DNA of 64,000 bases, taken from a plasmid. Where the stretch lies: the sequence record NZ_CP043850.1, one strand, 5' to 3'. The notes beneath the pieces are model-generated. The model searched no databases and was not told the origin of the DNA. It saw only the letters and a list, made by a program, of their open reading frames with translations. Shown piece by piece: positions 1 through 9,797 of this stretch. A program made the position numbers and the translations under genes. Position 1 is the stretch's first letter. Each line of letters opens with the position of its first letter.

Positions 1-74
1 GGGTGTGAACCATGGGGGAGAGGTCTTTCGAGGTGACGGCCGCGGAGACGGCAGGGGTGGGGAAAACCGGCTGC

Positions 75-265
75 GGGCCGGAGTTATCCACGTGCATCTT
101 GTGACACCCGGGGGTGAGAGCCGACGAGGGCGTCGGTGGGGGACGAAAAGGGCGTAATCATGCGGATCGAGCATGTGCATCTTGTGACGCCCACCCGGTG
201 AGGGCCGGAGTTATCCACGTGCATCTTGTGACGGTGGGCGTGTGCATCTTGTGACGCCCACCCCC
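75..265. repeat. Iteron-like direct repeats: GTGCATCTTGTGAC at 92, 175, 219 and 242, embedded in two 31-bp copies of GGGCCGGAGTTATCCACGTGCATCTTGTGAC (75 and 202), plus GTGACGCCCACCC twice
   Basis: read directly in the sequence; non-coding region upstream of the minus-strand regulator gene. Confidence 0.8.
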
Positions 266-385
266 TCAGATTCCGCGCCAGCACTGGGATCGGAGAGGGC
301 CCCCATATAGGAAAACCCATGTAGTTCTCTCCTGTAGTAGGCCCGCTTGTGGTTGGGGATTGGTGGAGAACTCGACGAATGGGGG

Positions 386-1246
386 TCATGCGGCGCCCTG
401 CTGCATGAGCGACTCCCAGTCGACGGTGAGATCAGAGCGCTGCAGGGCGTAGTCCTTCAGGGCCTTGGTCAGCCGACTGCGCAGGACCGAGACGCGCTTG
501 CACAGGGCGCGACCGTTGTAGCCGCACTCCTGGCTCAGTGCAGCGCGCTCCTGGTCGTCGGCCAGCTGGTAGCGCAGGAACACCGACGCGTCTCGACTGG
601 AGAACACGGCCGTGTCGCGGGCCCAGGCGACCAGAGCACACAGCTCCAGCGTTGCCCGGTCGCCGTCCTGTTCGTCGCCGGAGGTGGTGGCGAGCTCGGG
701 CAGCCAATCAGGCAGGGTGTCGTTGCCGTCGTGGATGTCGTAGATCCGGCGCTCCAGCAGGGAGTCCTTCATCACGTCCATGGCCAGGTTGCCGATGCAC
801 GAGCCGGGCCGGTGCAGGGAGGGCTTACGCACCCAGCGCCACGCGGCGGCGATCACCGCGGCCGCCACCTCCTCCTGAGCGCTTGAGTCTCCGTGGACGG
901 TGGCCAAGCGCATGCGTGTGTGGCGGGCGGCGATCAGGGTGAACCGCGGGAGCATGAGCTGCAGTACCGCGCGCCCGCAGTGCTCATCGCCCTGCGCTGC
1001 CTGTTCCAGCAGCCCGCGCATCAGCTGCTCGCGCTCCTCCCGAGGTGCTTCGCTCACGCTCTGGCGCAGCTGGTCGCCGGTCTGCTCCCCGTGCGGCCAA
1101 GCGTGCGGGACATCGGCGTAGCGCACAGCCCACTCGGCGTTGAGTCGGTCGATCACGGTGGGGGCATAGGCCTGGGTGATGGTCATGGGGTTACCTCCTG
1201 AAGCGGTGGCCCCGGGCAGGGCCGGGCGGATCAGAATCCAGTCCAC
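386..1246 (-). CDS. sigma-70/ECF-like sigma factor or HTH regulator (region-2-like AAQGDE..AQEE..AW motif; region-4-like C-terminus LSQECGYNGRALCKRVSVLRSRLTKAL)
   Basis: 286-aa ORF; motif resemblance only. Confidence 0.45.
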   Translation of the reverse strand: MDWILIRPALPGATASGGNPMTITQAYAPTVIDRLNAEWAVRYADVPHAWPHGEQTGDQLRQSVSEAPREEREQLMRGLLEQAAQGDEHCGRAVLQLMLPRFTLIAARHTRMRLATVHGDSSAQEEVAAAVIAAAWRWVRKPSLHRPGSCIGNLAMDVMKDSLLERRIYDIHDGNDTLPDWLPELATTSGDEQDGDRATLELCALVAWARDTAVFSSRDASVFLRYQLADDQERAALSQECGYNGRALCKRVSVLRSRLTKALKDYALQRSDLTVDWESLMQQGAA

Positions 1247-1444
1247 TCAGGGGGTCGGGATACGAGTCTGGACATGAGCCAGCGCAGCGAAGATCAGCAG
1301 ATTTCCAGAAGCGATGGGTCTGGAAATCCCCGGATTCATGCGGATCTGAGGGCGCATCCGAAAATCTTGGTCACGCGGGAGGGACACCTGTGCTGCAAGG
1401 GGGGCCTTTAGGGCAGTGAGAGACCCCCCGCTAGGAGAGCCGTC

Positions 1445-1696
1445 ATGCCCGAGCAGTGCCCCCACTCCGTGTCCGACCAGGACCAGATCCCGACGCTGAC
1501 CGATCAGCAGTGGACGGAGTTCGTCAGCGACGCGCACGCGATGCGTCAGGCCGAGACCACCTTGGAGGCCGGCATGGCCGATCTGCTGGCGCGCCCGTTC
1601 GACGAGAGCGCTCAGCTCCAGCTGCGCCAGGTGCTCGACTCGGACCAGCTGCGCCGGGCCACCCAGATCGCGCGGAGCATGCAGGAGGGCCGATGA
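1445..1696 (+). CDS. small hypothetical protein, translationally coupled to the next gene (ATGATGG overlap)
   Basis: 83-aa ORF; stop overlaps the start of the downstream gene. Confidence 0.4.
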   Translation: MPEQCPHSVSDQDQIPTLTDQQWTEFVSDAHAMRQAETTLEAGMADLLARPFDESAQLQLRQVLDSDQLRRATQIARSMQEGR

Positions 1697-2739
1697 TGGC
1701 GTGGGCACGGAAGAAGCGGCCTCGGCAGGAACCGGGTGAGCTGGCGCAGGAGCAGATTCCGACGCCGGCCCGAACCAAGGTCAACGACCTGGGGTCCAAG
1801 CTTCTGGTGGGGGGCGTCTATGGCGCCATCGCGCTGGGGCTGCTGTCCGGGTGCGGCGCCCTGGGGATGTCCGTGATGTCCTCCGGCGCTGAGAAGGCTC
1901 CGGTGGTGGAGACGATGAACACGGCCACCGCCGAGGGCACCGCGGTCTCCTACGTGACGGCGTGGCTCACGGCCTCCCGGCAGGACCAGAGCCTGCTGAG
2001 CGCATACGTCAAGGAGGACTCCCGGAAGGTCCCCGAGACGCCGTTGGCCGTGCGCGACGTCGCCGTGGCCGGTGTGGAGAAGACCGAGGACCCGGACGTG
2101 ATCTCTGTGCTCGTCGCCGCTCACGTCGAACAGCGCACCGAGCTCGAGCAGGACGGGCAGACGCCCAAGAACACGACGAGCTCGGCTCCAGCCTCCGCCA
2201 GCACGGAGGCCAAGACCAGCGCCAAACCGGCTCCCACCACGTACGCGCTGCGCTACTACCAGGTGGCGGTCAAGCAGACAGAGGGCACGGTCCAGGTAAT
2301 CGGATACCCCACACCTGCGCCTGGGCCACGTCAGGGCGAGGCGGTCTCGTTGGGATACCCGCACCGGATCTCCACGACCACCGATCTGGGGACCACGCTG
2401 GAGGGCTTCCTACAGTCCTACGGCGCCGGCAAGGGGGACGTCACCCGGTACCTGGCTGCCACCGACACGCTCCAGGCGATCACCCCGGCCCCCTACACCG
2501 AACTGGTGATCGAAGACCTGCGCACGAGCACGAAGCTCGAGGAACTTCCCGACGGCGAAGCCGTCCGGGTGCTCATCCAGGCCGAGGGGGTGCTGCCGGA
2601 TGCGAACCAGTCACGCATGGGCGCCACCTTCCCGGTCACGGTCGCTCGGCGAGACGGCCGATGGGAGGTGATCTCTCTGGACCCTGCTCCTCTGCTGGCC
2701 CCTGAATCCGAGTCCCGCTCAGCTACCCCCACCTCTTGA
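1693..2739 (+). CDS. conjugal transfer membrane protein, VirB8/TcpC-like (N-terminal TM anchor, ~330-aa extracytoplasmic part)
   Basis: in-frame start MMAWARKK inside ORF 1456..2739; TM segment LLVGGVYGAIALGLLSGCGAL; sits in the T4SS operon. Confidence 0.5.
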   Translation: MMAWARKKRPRQEPGELAQEQIPTPARTKVNDLGSKLLVGGVYGAIALGLLSGCGALGMSVMSSGAEKAPVVETMNTATAEGTAVSYVTAWLTASRQDQSLLSAYVKEDSRKVPETPLAVRDVAVAGVEKTEDPDVISVLVAAHVEQRTELEQDGQTPKNTTSSAPASASTEAKTSAKPAPTTYALRYYQVAVKQTEGTVQVIGYPTPAPGPRQGEAVSLGYPHRISTTTDLGTTLEGFLQSYGAGKGDVTRYLAATDTLQAITPAPYTELVIEDLRTSTKLEELPDGEAVRVLIQAEGVLPDANQSRMGATFPVTVARRDGRWEVISLDPAPLLAPESESRSATPTS

Positions 2740-2764
2740 ACCCCCTGTCTGAAAGGAACACCCC

Positions 2765-3058
2765 ATGAACACCTCCCTCACCTCCATCACCCAGACCGCC
2801 CTGGACGGCATGGTCGTCGGCAACATCTTCGACACCGTCAACGACCTCACCTCCGAGGCGATGATCGCGCTGAAGGCCGTCATCGTCCTGTTCGGCGTCG
2901 TGGTCTTCCTCATCGGTGCCGTCGCCGCCAAGGGCAAGACCGCCGGCACGATCATGGCCGGCATCGGCGGCGGCTTCTTCATCTGGCTGGGCCTGTTCGG
3001 TGTCCAGTGGCTGGCCGAAGAGTTCGGCTCCACCGTCGCCGGCGTGCTGCTGGTCTGA
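2765..3058 (+). CDS. small polytopic membrane protein (pilin/VirB2- or TcpD-like)
   Basis: 97 aa with two or three hydrophobic helices; RBS-like GAAAGGAAC upstream. Confidence 0.55.
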   Translation: MNTSLTSITQTALDGMVVGNIFDTVNDLTSEAMIALKAVIVLFGVVVFLIGAVAAKGKTAGTIMAGIGGGFFIWLGLFGVQWLAEEFGSTVAGVLLV

Positions 3059-3078
3059 GCCAGGAAGGACACGACCGA

Positions 3079-3605
3079 TGGCCGAGACCGGACGGTTCTA
3101 CAGCAGCATCCGCCGCATCCCCACCACCTTGCACCGACTGCCCGACGGCACTCGGATCTGGGGTGGGCCCTACACGCTCGTGCAGGGCGCCGGAGCGGCG
3201 GCGGTCCTTGCTCTGCTGTGGTCCTTCCGCGGTGTCTGGGGCACCCAGACACTGATCGTCGACGTCGTCATCTCGCTGGGCTGGGCCGCCGCCGCGGTCT
3301 GGGCCCTGCGGTACGCCCCGGACAACATCCACGAACTGATCATGCTCTTCACCGGCGCGATCAACGCCTGGTCCAAGCCCAAGAACGGGCAGTACGAGGG
3401 CGTGAAGTTCGAGCTGACCCGACCGCCGAGGCACCCGCAGGACGACACCTCAGAGACCACGCCCACCGCGGCGGCGCCCCCCTCCCAGGGAGCCACTCCT
3501 GACGAGACACCCCAGCGCCCCACCTACCGGCCCCTGGGCACCTCCTCGGTAACCCGCCTCCTCCACCAGGCCACCGCCCCCACAGACCGCAAGGACCACG
3601 CATGA
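3079..3605 (+). CDS. membrane protein, PrgI/TcpE/VirB3-like, immediately upstream of the VirB4-like ATPase
   Basis: start MAETGRFYSS in the frame of ORF 2916..3605; two TM helices; ATGA overlap with the next gene. Confidence 0.5.
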
Positions 3606-6166
3606 AGAACCCGATCCTGTACATGACACAGAACCTGGTCTGGACCACCTCCGGCACGGTCTGGGCGATGTGGCGTCTGCGCGGTCTGCCCTACGGCTTC
3701 GGCAAGGGCGACCACAAGGAGCGGGCAATGCTCGCCCATCAGGCGCTGTTCCAGGGTCTGCGCGGGGAGGCACTGCTGATGGGCCTGTGCGCCGAGATCG
3801 AGCCGGCCTCCGTCGTCGAGCGCATGCTCGAGGGACTGGACCTGAGCGAGTGCGAGCACTACCTGCACGAGGCCGAGCTCGTCCTGGACGAACTGGAGCA
3901 GATCCCCGTCGGGGAACGCGCCTACTGGCTGGCCGTCCCGCTGCCGGCCCGCTCGGTCATGGACCGGGTTCGGACCCTCGCCAAGGCCGCGGACGGCAAG
4001 CTGCGCGAACAGCTGGCCCTGCCCTCCCGCCGCCCCGACGCCAACGAGATCGACGCGCTGCTCAAGGCCGCCCACCAGATCGCCCGCAACATCCCCGAGG
4101 CCTTCCACGCCAAACCCTCCAGCCCCGCGGAGGTCCTGTGGATCTACTCCCACTCCCACAACCGCGGGCTGGGCTCTGACCCCACGGCACCGGCCGGGGA
4201 ATCCTCAGCACAGCACCTCACCGGCCGCGGGGTGATCCCCGAACCCTGGATCGACGAGGGCGGCCAGTCCGAGGTCAGCGCCAAGGAGAGGCTCAACCCC
4301 TTCCGGCGCCGCTACCTCAAGGTCCGCTCCGATGCCACCGCCGGAGAGGCCAGCTACCAGGTGCTGTTGGCGCTGACCGGCGGACCGGCTGAGGGCTTCA
4401 ACTTCCCAGACGATGAGTTCATCAGCTACCTGGACAGCCTGAACGTCAACGCGGACTGGGTCATGCGGATGAACATCCTGCCGGCCAAGAAGGCCGCCTC
4501 CAGGAACAAGCGCGCTGAAGAGAAGCTCAACGACGAGTACAACCAGCAGTCCGGGGACTCCCACGCCATCACCGGCGGCTCCACCCGACTGGACCGGATC
4601 GCTGAGGACCTCACCGCCTACCACGCGGCCCTGAACAGCTCAGAGTCCGAGGTCTCCGTCGACGCCGCGGTGATCTTCGCTGTCGGCGCGCCCACGGCAG
4701 AGATCGCCCAGGACCATGCCAACGCCATCGTGCGCGCCTACGAGTCCCGCGAGTTCAAGGTCACCACCCCCCTTGGATACCAGGAGGAGCTGTGGTGGGC
4801 CGCTCTGCCTGGCACCCCGAGCTCGGCGACGGTGAAGAAGCTGGAGCTGCTGGCCACCGGGCGGCACCTGGCCTTCGGGGTCCCGCTGGTCACCGACGCG
4901 CTGGGCACCCGCAAGGGTTTCCGCCTGGGAGTGAACATCTCCAGCTCGCGCCGCTCACCGGTCTTCATGGACATCGGCGGCCTGATGGAGGCCGACATGT
5001 CCGGCTCCTTCGCCGTCACCGGAGAGAACGGCTCCGGCAAGTCCACCCTGCTCAAGATCGTCGCCGGCAACGTCTTCGACCGTGGCGGTCAGGTGGTGGC
5101 CATCGACCGCTCGGACAACACGGAATGGGCAGAGCTAGGAACACTGCTCACCGAGGCCACCGGCATCGAACCGACCGTGGTAGAGCTGAGCAACACCCAC
5201 TGGTCCCTGGACCCCCTGCGTCTGTTCCCACCGGCTAACGCCGCACGTGTGACCCGGTCCCTGTGCTCGGTCCTGCTGGGCTTCGAGGCCAACTCCCCCG
5301 AGGGCCGCCTTCTCGGCCAGGTGCTGCACCCCGACTACGCGGCCACCCATCAGATCACCTCCATGGGCGCCCTGGTGGCACACCTGCATTCCGGTCAGGG
5401 GCTGGCCGGCACCGACCCGCAGCAGGCCCGCGACATCGCCTTCGGCCTGCAGAACGTCGAATCCACAGAGTTCGGCCCCCTGCTGTTCGACGAGCAGCTT
5501 CCGACCCTGGATCTGGCCTCCCGCTTCCTGACCTTCTGCACCCGCGGGGTGGAGCTGCCCCGACGCGAGGAGCTCGAGTCCGCCGCCCTCAAAGCGGAGC
5601 TGCCGGTGGAGAAGGTCATCGGCCGCGCCCTGTACTCCCTGATCGTGGCCATCAGCCGTCTGGTGCTCTACGCCGACGACGCCATCGAGTCCCTGATGAT
5701 CGTGGACGAGGCCCACCACGCCACCGGCTCGCCCGAGACCGAGCTGGAGCTGTCGAACGTCGTGCGCTACGGCCGCAAGCACAAGGCCGCGGTCGCCCTG
5801 GGCTCGCATGACGCCTCCACCGACTTCGGTTCCGAGACCCTGCGCGGGCTGATCCCGGTGCGCATCGTCTGCCGGGCCCGGGACGCCGCCATGGCACGGC
5901 GGAACCTGGAGTGGCTGGGCGACATGGGCCAGGAGCAGTGGGTGGAGCTGGTCACCTCCGGGCTCTCGCCCATGGGCTCGGACGACAAGGTCCCTGTGGA
6001 GCGCCGCGGTGAGGCCCTGATGCGAGACGCCCACGGCAACATCGCCAAGATCAAGGTGCTGCCCCCGCTGACCCCCGAGCGAGCCAAGGCCGTGATGACG
6101 ACCCCGCCCAAGCGAGGGACCCCCGCAGCCTCCGCGGCACAGGATCGAGAGCTGGTGCAGGCATGA
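3602..6166 (+). CDS. VirB4/TrsE/TcpF-like conjugative transfer ATPase
   Basis: 854 aa; Walker A GENGSGKST; Walker B-like LMIVDEAHH. Confidence 0.85.
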   Translation: MKNPILYMTQNLVWTTSGTVWAMWRLRGLPYGFGKGDHKERAMLAHQALFQGLRGEALLMGLCAEIEPASVVERMLEGLDLSECEHYLHEAELVLDELEQIPVGERAYWLAVPLPARSVMDRVRTLAKAADGKLREQLALPSRRPDANEIDALLKAAHQIARNIPEAFHAKPSSPAEVLWIYSHSHNRGLGSDPTAPAGESSAQHLTGRGVIPEPWIDEGGQSEVSAKERLNPFRRRYLKVRSDATAGEASYQVLLALTGGPAEGFNFPDDEFISYLDSLNVNADWVMRMNILPAKKAASRNKRAEEKLNDEYNQQSGDSHAITGGSTRLDRIAEDLTAYHAALNSSESEVSVDAAVIFAVGAPTAEIAQDHANAIVRAYESREFKVTTPLGYQEELWWAALPGTPSSATVKKLELLATGRHLAFGVPLVTDALGTRKGFRLGVNISSSRRSPVFMDIGGLMEADMSGSFAVTGENGSGKSTLLKIVAGNVFDRGGQVVAIDRSDNTEWAELGTLLTEATGIEPTVVELSNTHWSLDPLRLFPPANAARVTRSLCSVLLGFEANSPEGRLLGQVLHPDYAATHQITSMGALVAHLHSGQGLAGTDPQQARDIAFGLQNVESTEFGPLLFDEQLPTLDLASRFLTFCTRGVELPRREELESAALKAELPVEKVIGRALYSLIVAISRLVLYADDAIESLMIVDEAHHATGSPETELELSNVVRYGRKHKAAVALGSHDASTDFGSETLRGLIPVRIVCRARDAAMARRNLEWLGDMGQEQWVELVTSGLSPMGSDDKVPVERRGEALMRDAHGNIAKIKVLPPLTPERAKAVMTTPPKRGTPAASAAQDRELVQA

Positions 6167-8034
6167 TCCACGCCCGCACACTGACGTTGGCCGCCGGGGT
6201 CACCGTCCTGGCCGCCCAGCTCTGGGCCGCTCCGGCCGCCCTCGCAGCCCCCAGGGACGGGGCGCCCGCGCAGGGCTCGGGGGTGATGGGCCTGGACGAG
6301 TGGCGCGCGCAGGTCACGGACACCGCCGGCGTGCCCATCGAGAAGTACCGTGCTCTGCCTCTGGACCACGGAACCGCGATCGAGCTCGACATCGAGCACT
6401 CCATGAAGCGCTCGGCTCTGGTCTCCATCCTGGACCTGCTGTGGGGGATCCACTACGAGATCGTCACCACCGTGATGTGGCTGTTGCACACCCTGCTCTC
6501 CTTCGAGTGGGTCGGCTGGTTCGCCGCCCCCATGGAGTCCTTCGGGGCTGCGGTGGGCCAGATGGTCGCACAGATCCACTGGATTCCCCTGGCCTCGATG
6601 ATCAGCGGTCTGGCGATTGCGTTGCTCTTCGCTGCCCGCAAGCGCGGAGCGGCATGGGGAGAGCTGGCTCTGAGCGTGACGATGGTCATCGTGGCCACCA
6701 ACATGGCATTGAACCCGGTGGCCTACGTCACCGGCGACAACGGCGTGCTCACCAAGGCCGAGGAGGCCGCCGGCCAGATCAGCGTCGAGATCGCCGGCGG
6801 CGCCGACCAGCTGGATTCCGGGGCCAGCGCCTCGGAGGTCATGGGGCAGACGCTCACCGCGGATCTGACCGACATGCTCATGCGCGGACCCTCGCAAGCA
6901 GTGGCGTTCGGTGAGTCCCTCACCGGGGAATGTGACGCCGTCTTCACCCAGACCATGAGCGAGTCCGACCCGATGAAGGTCGAGGAGAAGACGGTGATGG
7001 ACCCGATCAAGGACTGCAGCGAGTCCGCGGCCAGCTGGTCCGAGTCCATCTCCTTCACTCGCATCGCCCCGATGGTGATGATCAACCTGGGGTCCCTGGC
7101 GTTCAGTGCCATGGCCTTCGTGCTCGGTCTCGTACTGATCGTGGCTGTGCTGATGGCCCTGTTCTACGCGCTCTACCAAGGGTTGGCGGTGCTGGTGGCA
7201 ATCCTGCCCCTCCGCAGCCGACTGGGCTTCTTCAACGCCTTCATCGGCGTGCTGGCCTGCGCGGTGGGCATCGTGGCCGCGATCGTCACCGTGAGCCTGT
7301 GCCTGCAGCTGCTCAAGGAGCTCCTGGCGGTCACCGCGGGGCTGGGCGTGACGGTGCAGATGCTGCTGATGGTCATCGTGCTCGTCGTGCTGTGCTTCCT
7401 GATCTTCCGCGCCTATGGGGCATCCCGGGCCAAGGGGCGCGCTCTGGCCCGGTGGCTGTCGGGGCTGGGCCTGTCCAAGCAGGGCGGCAGCAACAAGGTC
7501 AAGGCACTGGCCGGCGCCGGCGGCGCCGCTGCGGCCGGATACAAGGCCCGCAAGTGGATCGAGCAGCGCAGAGGCAAGACCGAGACCGAGGAGACCGGCC
7601 GACCTCGGGCGGGCCTGCGCACGGCCGGCGGAGGACCAGATGCCGCAGCCCAGCCTGGCGCCGGACCACGGCGTCCAGGGCCTGGGCCCACCCGTCCGGG
7701 GCTGCCGACAGCCCCGGTGCTGCGGGCCGTCGGCACGGGCGCGGCCGGCGTGGGCGGCCCCTGGGGAGCGGCCGCCGGCGCAGCCGCTCACCTTGCAGCG
7801 TCTCGCCTCGAGAGGGGGGCGCACCGTCGTGAGCTGGCGGCCCCGCGGCCGCGCAAGGTCGAGCGCTTCTCCCGCATCCAGATCGACAAGAACGGGCAGG
7901 CGGTCGTGAACCCTCCTCGCCGCGAGGTCGTCGAAGGCACTGTCGTGCCCCCGCATCAGGGACCGCGGCCTCGGCAGCAGTCCTCCGAGGCGACTCGGCG
8001 CATGCGTGAGCGGCTGCACCAGGAGCATCCGTGA
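6163..8034 (+). CDS. VirB6/TrbL/TcpH-like polytopic conjugal transfer membrane protein with a Gly/Ala/Pro/Arg-rich disordered C-terminal tail
   Basis: 623 aa; signal sequence plus 6 or more TM helices; overlaps its neighbours. Confidence 0.7.
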   Translation: MIHARTLTLAAGVTVLAAQLWAAPAALAAPRDGAPAQGSGVMGLDEWRAQVTDTAGVPIEKYRALPLDHGTAIELDIEHSMKRSALVSILDLLWGIHYEIVTTVMWLLHTLLSFEWVGWFAAPMESFGAAVGQMVAQIHWIPLASMISGLAIALLFAARKRGAAWGELALSVTMVIVATNMALNPVAYVTGDNGVLTKAEEAAGQISVEIAGGADQLDSGASASEVMGQTLTADLTDMLMRGPSQAVAFGESLTGECDAVFTQTMSESDPMKVEEKTVMDPIKDCSESAASWSESISFTRIAPMVMINLGSLAFSAMAFVLGLVLIVAVLMALFYALYQGLAVLVAILPLRSRLGFFNAFIGVLACAVGIVAAIVTVSLCLQLLKELLAVTAGLGVTVQMLLMVIVLVVLCFLIFRAYGASRAKGRALARWLSGLGLSKQGGSNKVKALAGAGGAAAAGYKARKWIEQRRGKTETEETGRPRAGLRTAGGGPDAAAQPGAGPRRPGPGPTRPGLPTAPVLRAVGTGAAGVGGPWGAAAGAAAHLAASRLERGAHRRELAAPRPRKVERFSRIQIDKNGQAVVNPPRREVVEGTVVPPHQGPRPRQQSSEATRRMRERLHQEHP

Positions 8035-9797
8035 GCACGGGTAAGCAGGAAGAGCACCACGAGCCAACCGGTGCCGCAGGGGCACGAGCGCGCCGGGCGG
8101 TGATCATGGTCGCCGCCTCGATCGTCCTCTGCATCGGACTGCTCATCGTGCTGGTGCTGGGCCTGGTCATGTTCACCGGCGCCGGCCTGGAGAAGAAGCG
8201 ACAGCAGGATCTGGCCGCGAGCACCTGTCTGGCCCCGGAGGTGGCAGCAGGGGTCGCCGGCGACGGCTCGGTCGCGGTGCCCGTGGCGGGGATCGTCACC
8301 AGCATGTTCGGCCCCCGAGACAACCCGTTCGGCCCGGGCGGCGGTGGAGGCGGCTCCGGGCTGACCAACCACGTCGCCGTGGACATCGGGGCGCCGGAAG
8401 GCACCCCGATCTACGCGGCCATGGACGGCACCGTGGACGTGGTCTCTCTCGGCGGGCAGGAGGACGGCAACGGCGTTCTCATCGACAGCGGGGGAGGGGT
8501 GAAGATCCTGTACTGGCACGCAGCCAACAACACGATCCGGGTCAAGGAAGGCGACGTCGTCAAGGTCGGTCAGCACATCGCCGGAGTCGGAGACACCGGC
8601 GTCGCCACCGGCTACCACCTGCACATGGAGGTGCGAGTCAATGGGGAGAAGATCGACCCGGCGGCCTTCTTCCGGGAGCGCGGTCTGATCTTCGAGCTGC
8701 GCAAGCCTCCCCGGCTGGTGGAGACCGCACGCAAGACGGGCGCCAGCGCCTCATCCTCGGCCACGTCCGCCTCGGCTGAACCCTCTCAGGGGCAGAACGA
8801 TCCCACCCAGCTGCAGACCGAGCAGGTGAAGGTGATGTTGCCCGAGGGCATCGAGTACGAGCTCAAGCCCGAGCAGATCCGCAACGCCGCGGCCATCATC
8901 GGCGCCGGCCAGGCCGCGGAGGTCTCCGACCAGGCGATCATCGTGGCGCTGATGACGGCGCTGCAGGAGAGCATGCTCTACAACCTCGCCTCCCCTGCGG
9001 TCCCGGAGTCGCTGGCCTACCCTCACGACCGGCAAGCGGTGAACAAGGCCTCGGTCGGGTTGTTCCAGCAGCAGTACACGATGGGGTGGGGTCCGGTGGC
9101 GGACCTGATGCAGCCGTCGATCTCAGCGCGGACCTTCTACCTAGGGAGGGAGAACCCGAATGATGCGCCAGCGCTGGGGCTGCTGGACTACCCCGGATGG
9201 GAGAGCATGCACCCGGGAGTGGCCGCGCAGGTCGTGCAGAAGAGCGCCCACCCCGACGCCTACATCAAGTGGGAGCAGACCGCCACGCAGATCCTCTCGC
9301 AGGTGACCGGAACCGCGCCGGTGCCCTCGGCCTGTTCAGGTCCGGCGGTGCCTGCAGGCGAACAGCCCGGCCCAGCCGATGGAGCTCGCGCCCGGGACGA
9401 GAGCACCCTGGACCTGCAGATCCCTGCTGGTCTCAGCCGTGAGGACATCGTCGCGGCCGCGGAGTCCGGTGTGGGCGGGGCCTTCACGTACGGCGCCGCC
9501 GACTTCCAGTCCTGGGACTCCAGCGGGTTCGTCTACTGGGTCTACCGGGATCAGGGAATCGAGATGCCGCGCACCTCCCCGTGGGCGGCCGGTGAGCGCA
9601 CGCAGACGCCCCAGCCCGGCGACCTGGTCGCTCAGCAGTGGAACGCCCAGCGCCAGCGGTGGGACCACGTCGGGATCTACGTGGGCGACGGGATGATGAT
9701 CTCCGCCATCAACGAGGACGCCGGTACCCGCAAGCACCCGGTCACCCAGACCGGTGAGTCTCCCGTCTACTTCACCATCCTCAAGGAGCAGCAGTGA
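8031..9797 (+). CDS. bifunctional cell-wall hydrolase: M23 (LytM) peptidase domain plus C-terminal NlpC/P60-like domain (TcpG/TraG-like)
   Basis: M23 motifs HVAVDIGAPEGTPIYAAMDG and GYHLHMEV; NlpC/P60 pattern WDSSGFVYWVY..MPRTS..DHVGIYVGDG, with Ser where the catalytic Cys is expected. Confidence 0.85.
   Translation: MSTGKQEEHHEPTGAAGARARRAVIMVAASIVLCIGLLIVLVLGLVMFTGAGLEKKRQQDLAASTCLAPEVAAGVAGDGSVAVPVAGIVTSMFGPRDNPFGPGGGGGGSGLTNHVAVDIGAPEGTPIYAAMDGTVDVVSLGGQEDGNGVLIDSGGGVKILYWHAANNTIRVKEGDVVKVGQHIAGVGDTGVATGYHLHMEVRVNGEKIDPAAFFRERGLIFELRKPPRLVETARKTGASASSSATSASAEPSQGQNDPTQLQTEQVKVMLPEGIEYELKPEQIRNAAAIIGAGQAAEVSDQAIIVALMTALQESMLYNLASPAVPESLAYPHDRQAVNKASVGLFQQQYTMGWGPVADLMQPSISARTFYLGRENPNDAPALGLLDYPGWESMHPGVAAQVVQKSAHPDAYIKWEQTATQILSQVTGTAPVPSACSGPAVPAGEQPGPADGARARDESTLDLQIPAGLSREDIVAAAESGVGGAFTYGAADFQSWDSSGFVYWVYRDQGIEMPRTSPWAAGERTQTPQPGDLVAQQWNAQRQRWDHVGIYVGDGMMISAINEDAGTRKHPVTQTGESPVYFTILKEQQ

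Noticed and set aside
5135-8085. Long minus-strand ORFs (5135..6181 348 aa; 5767..8085 772 aa) antisense to the VirB4-like and VirB6-like genes
   Set aside because: Typical high-GC antisense frame artefacts. Their Gly/Arg/Pro/His-rich low-complexity translations lack motifs, while the sense-strand genes have clear Walker and TM signatures.
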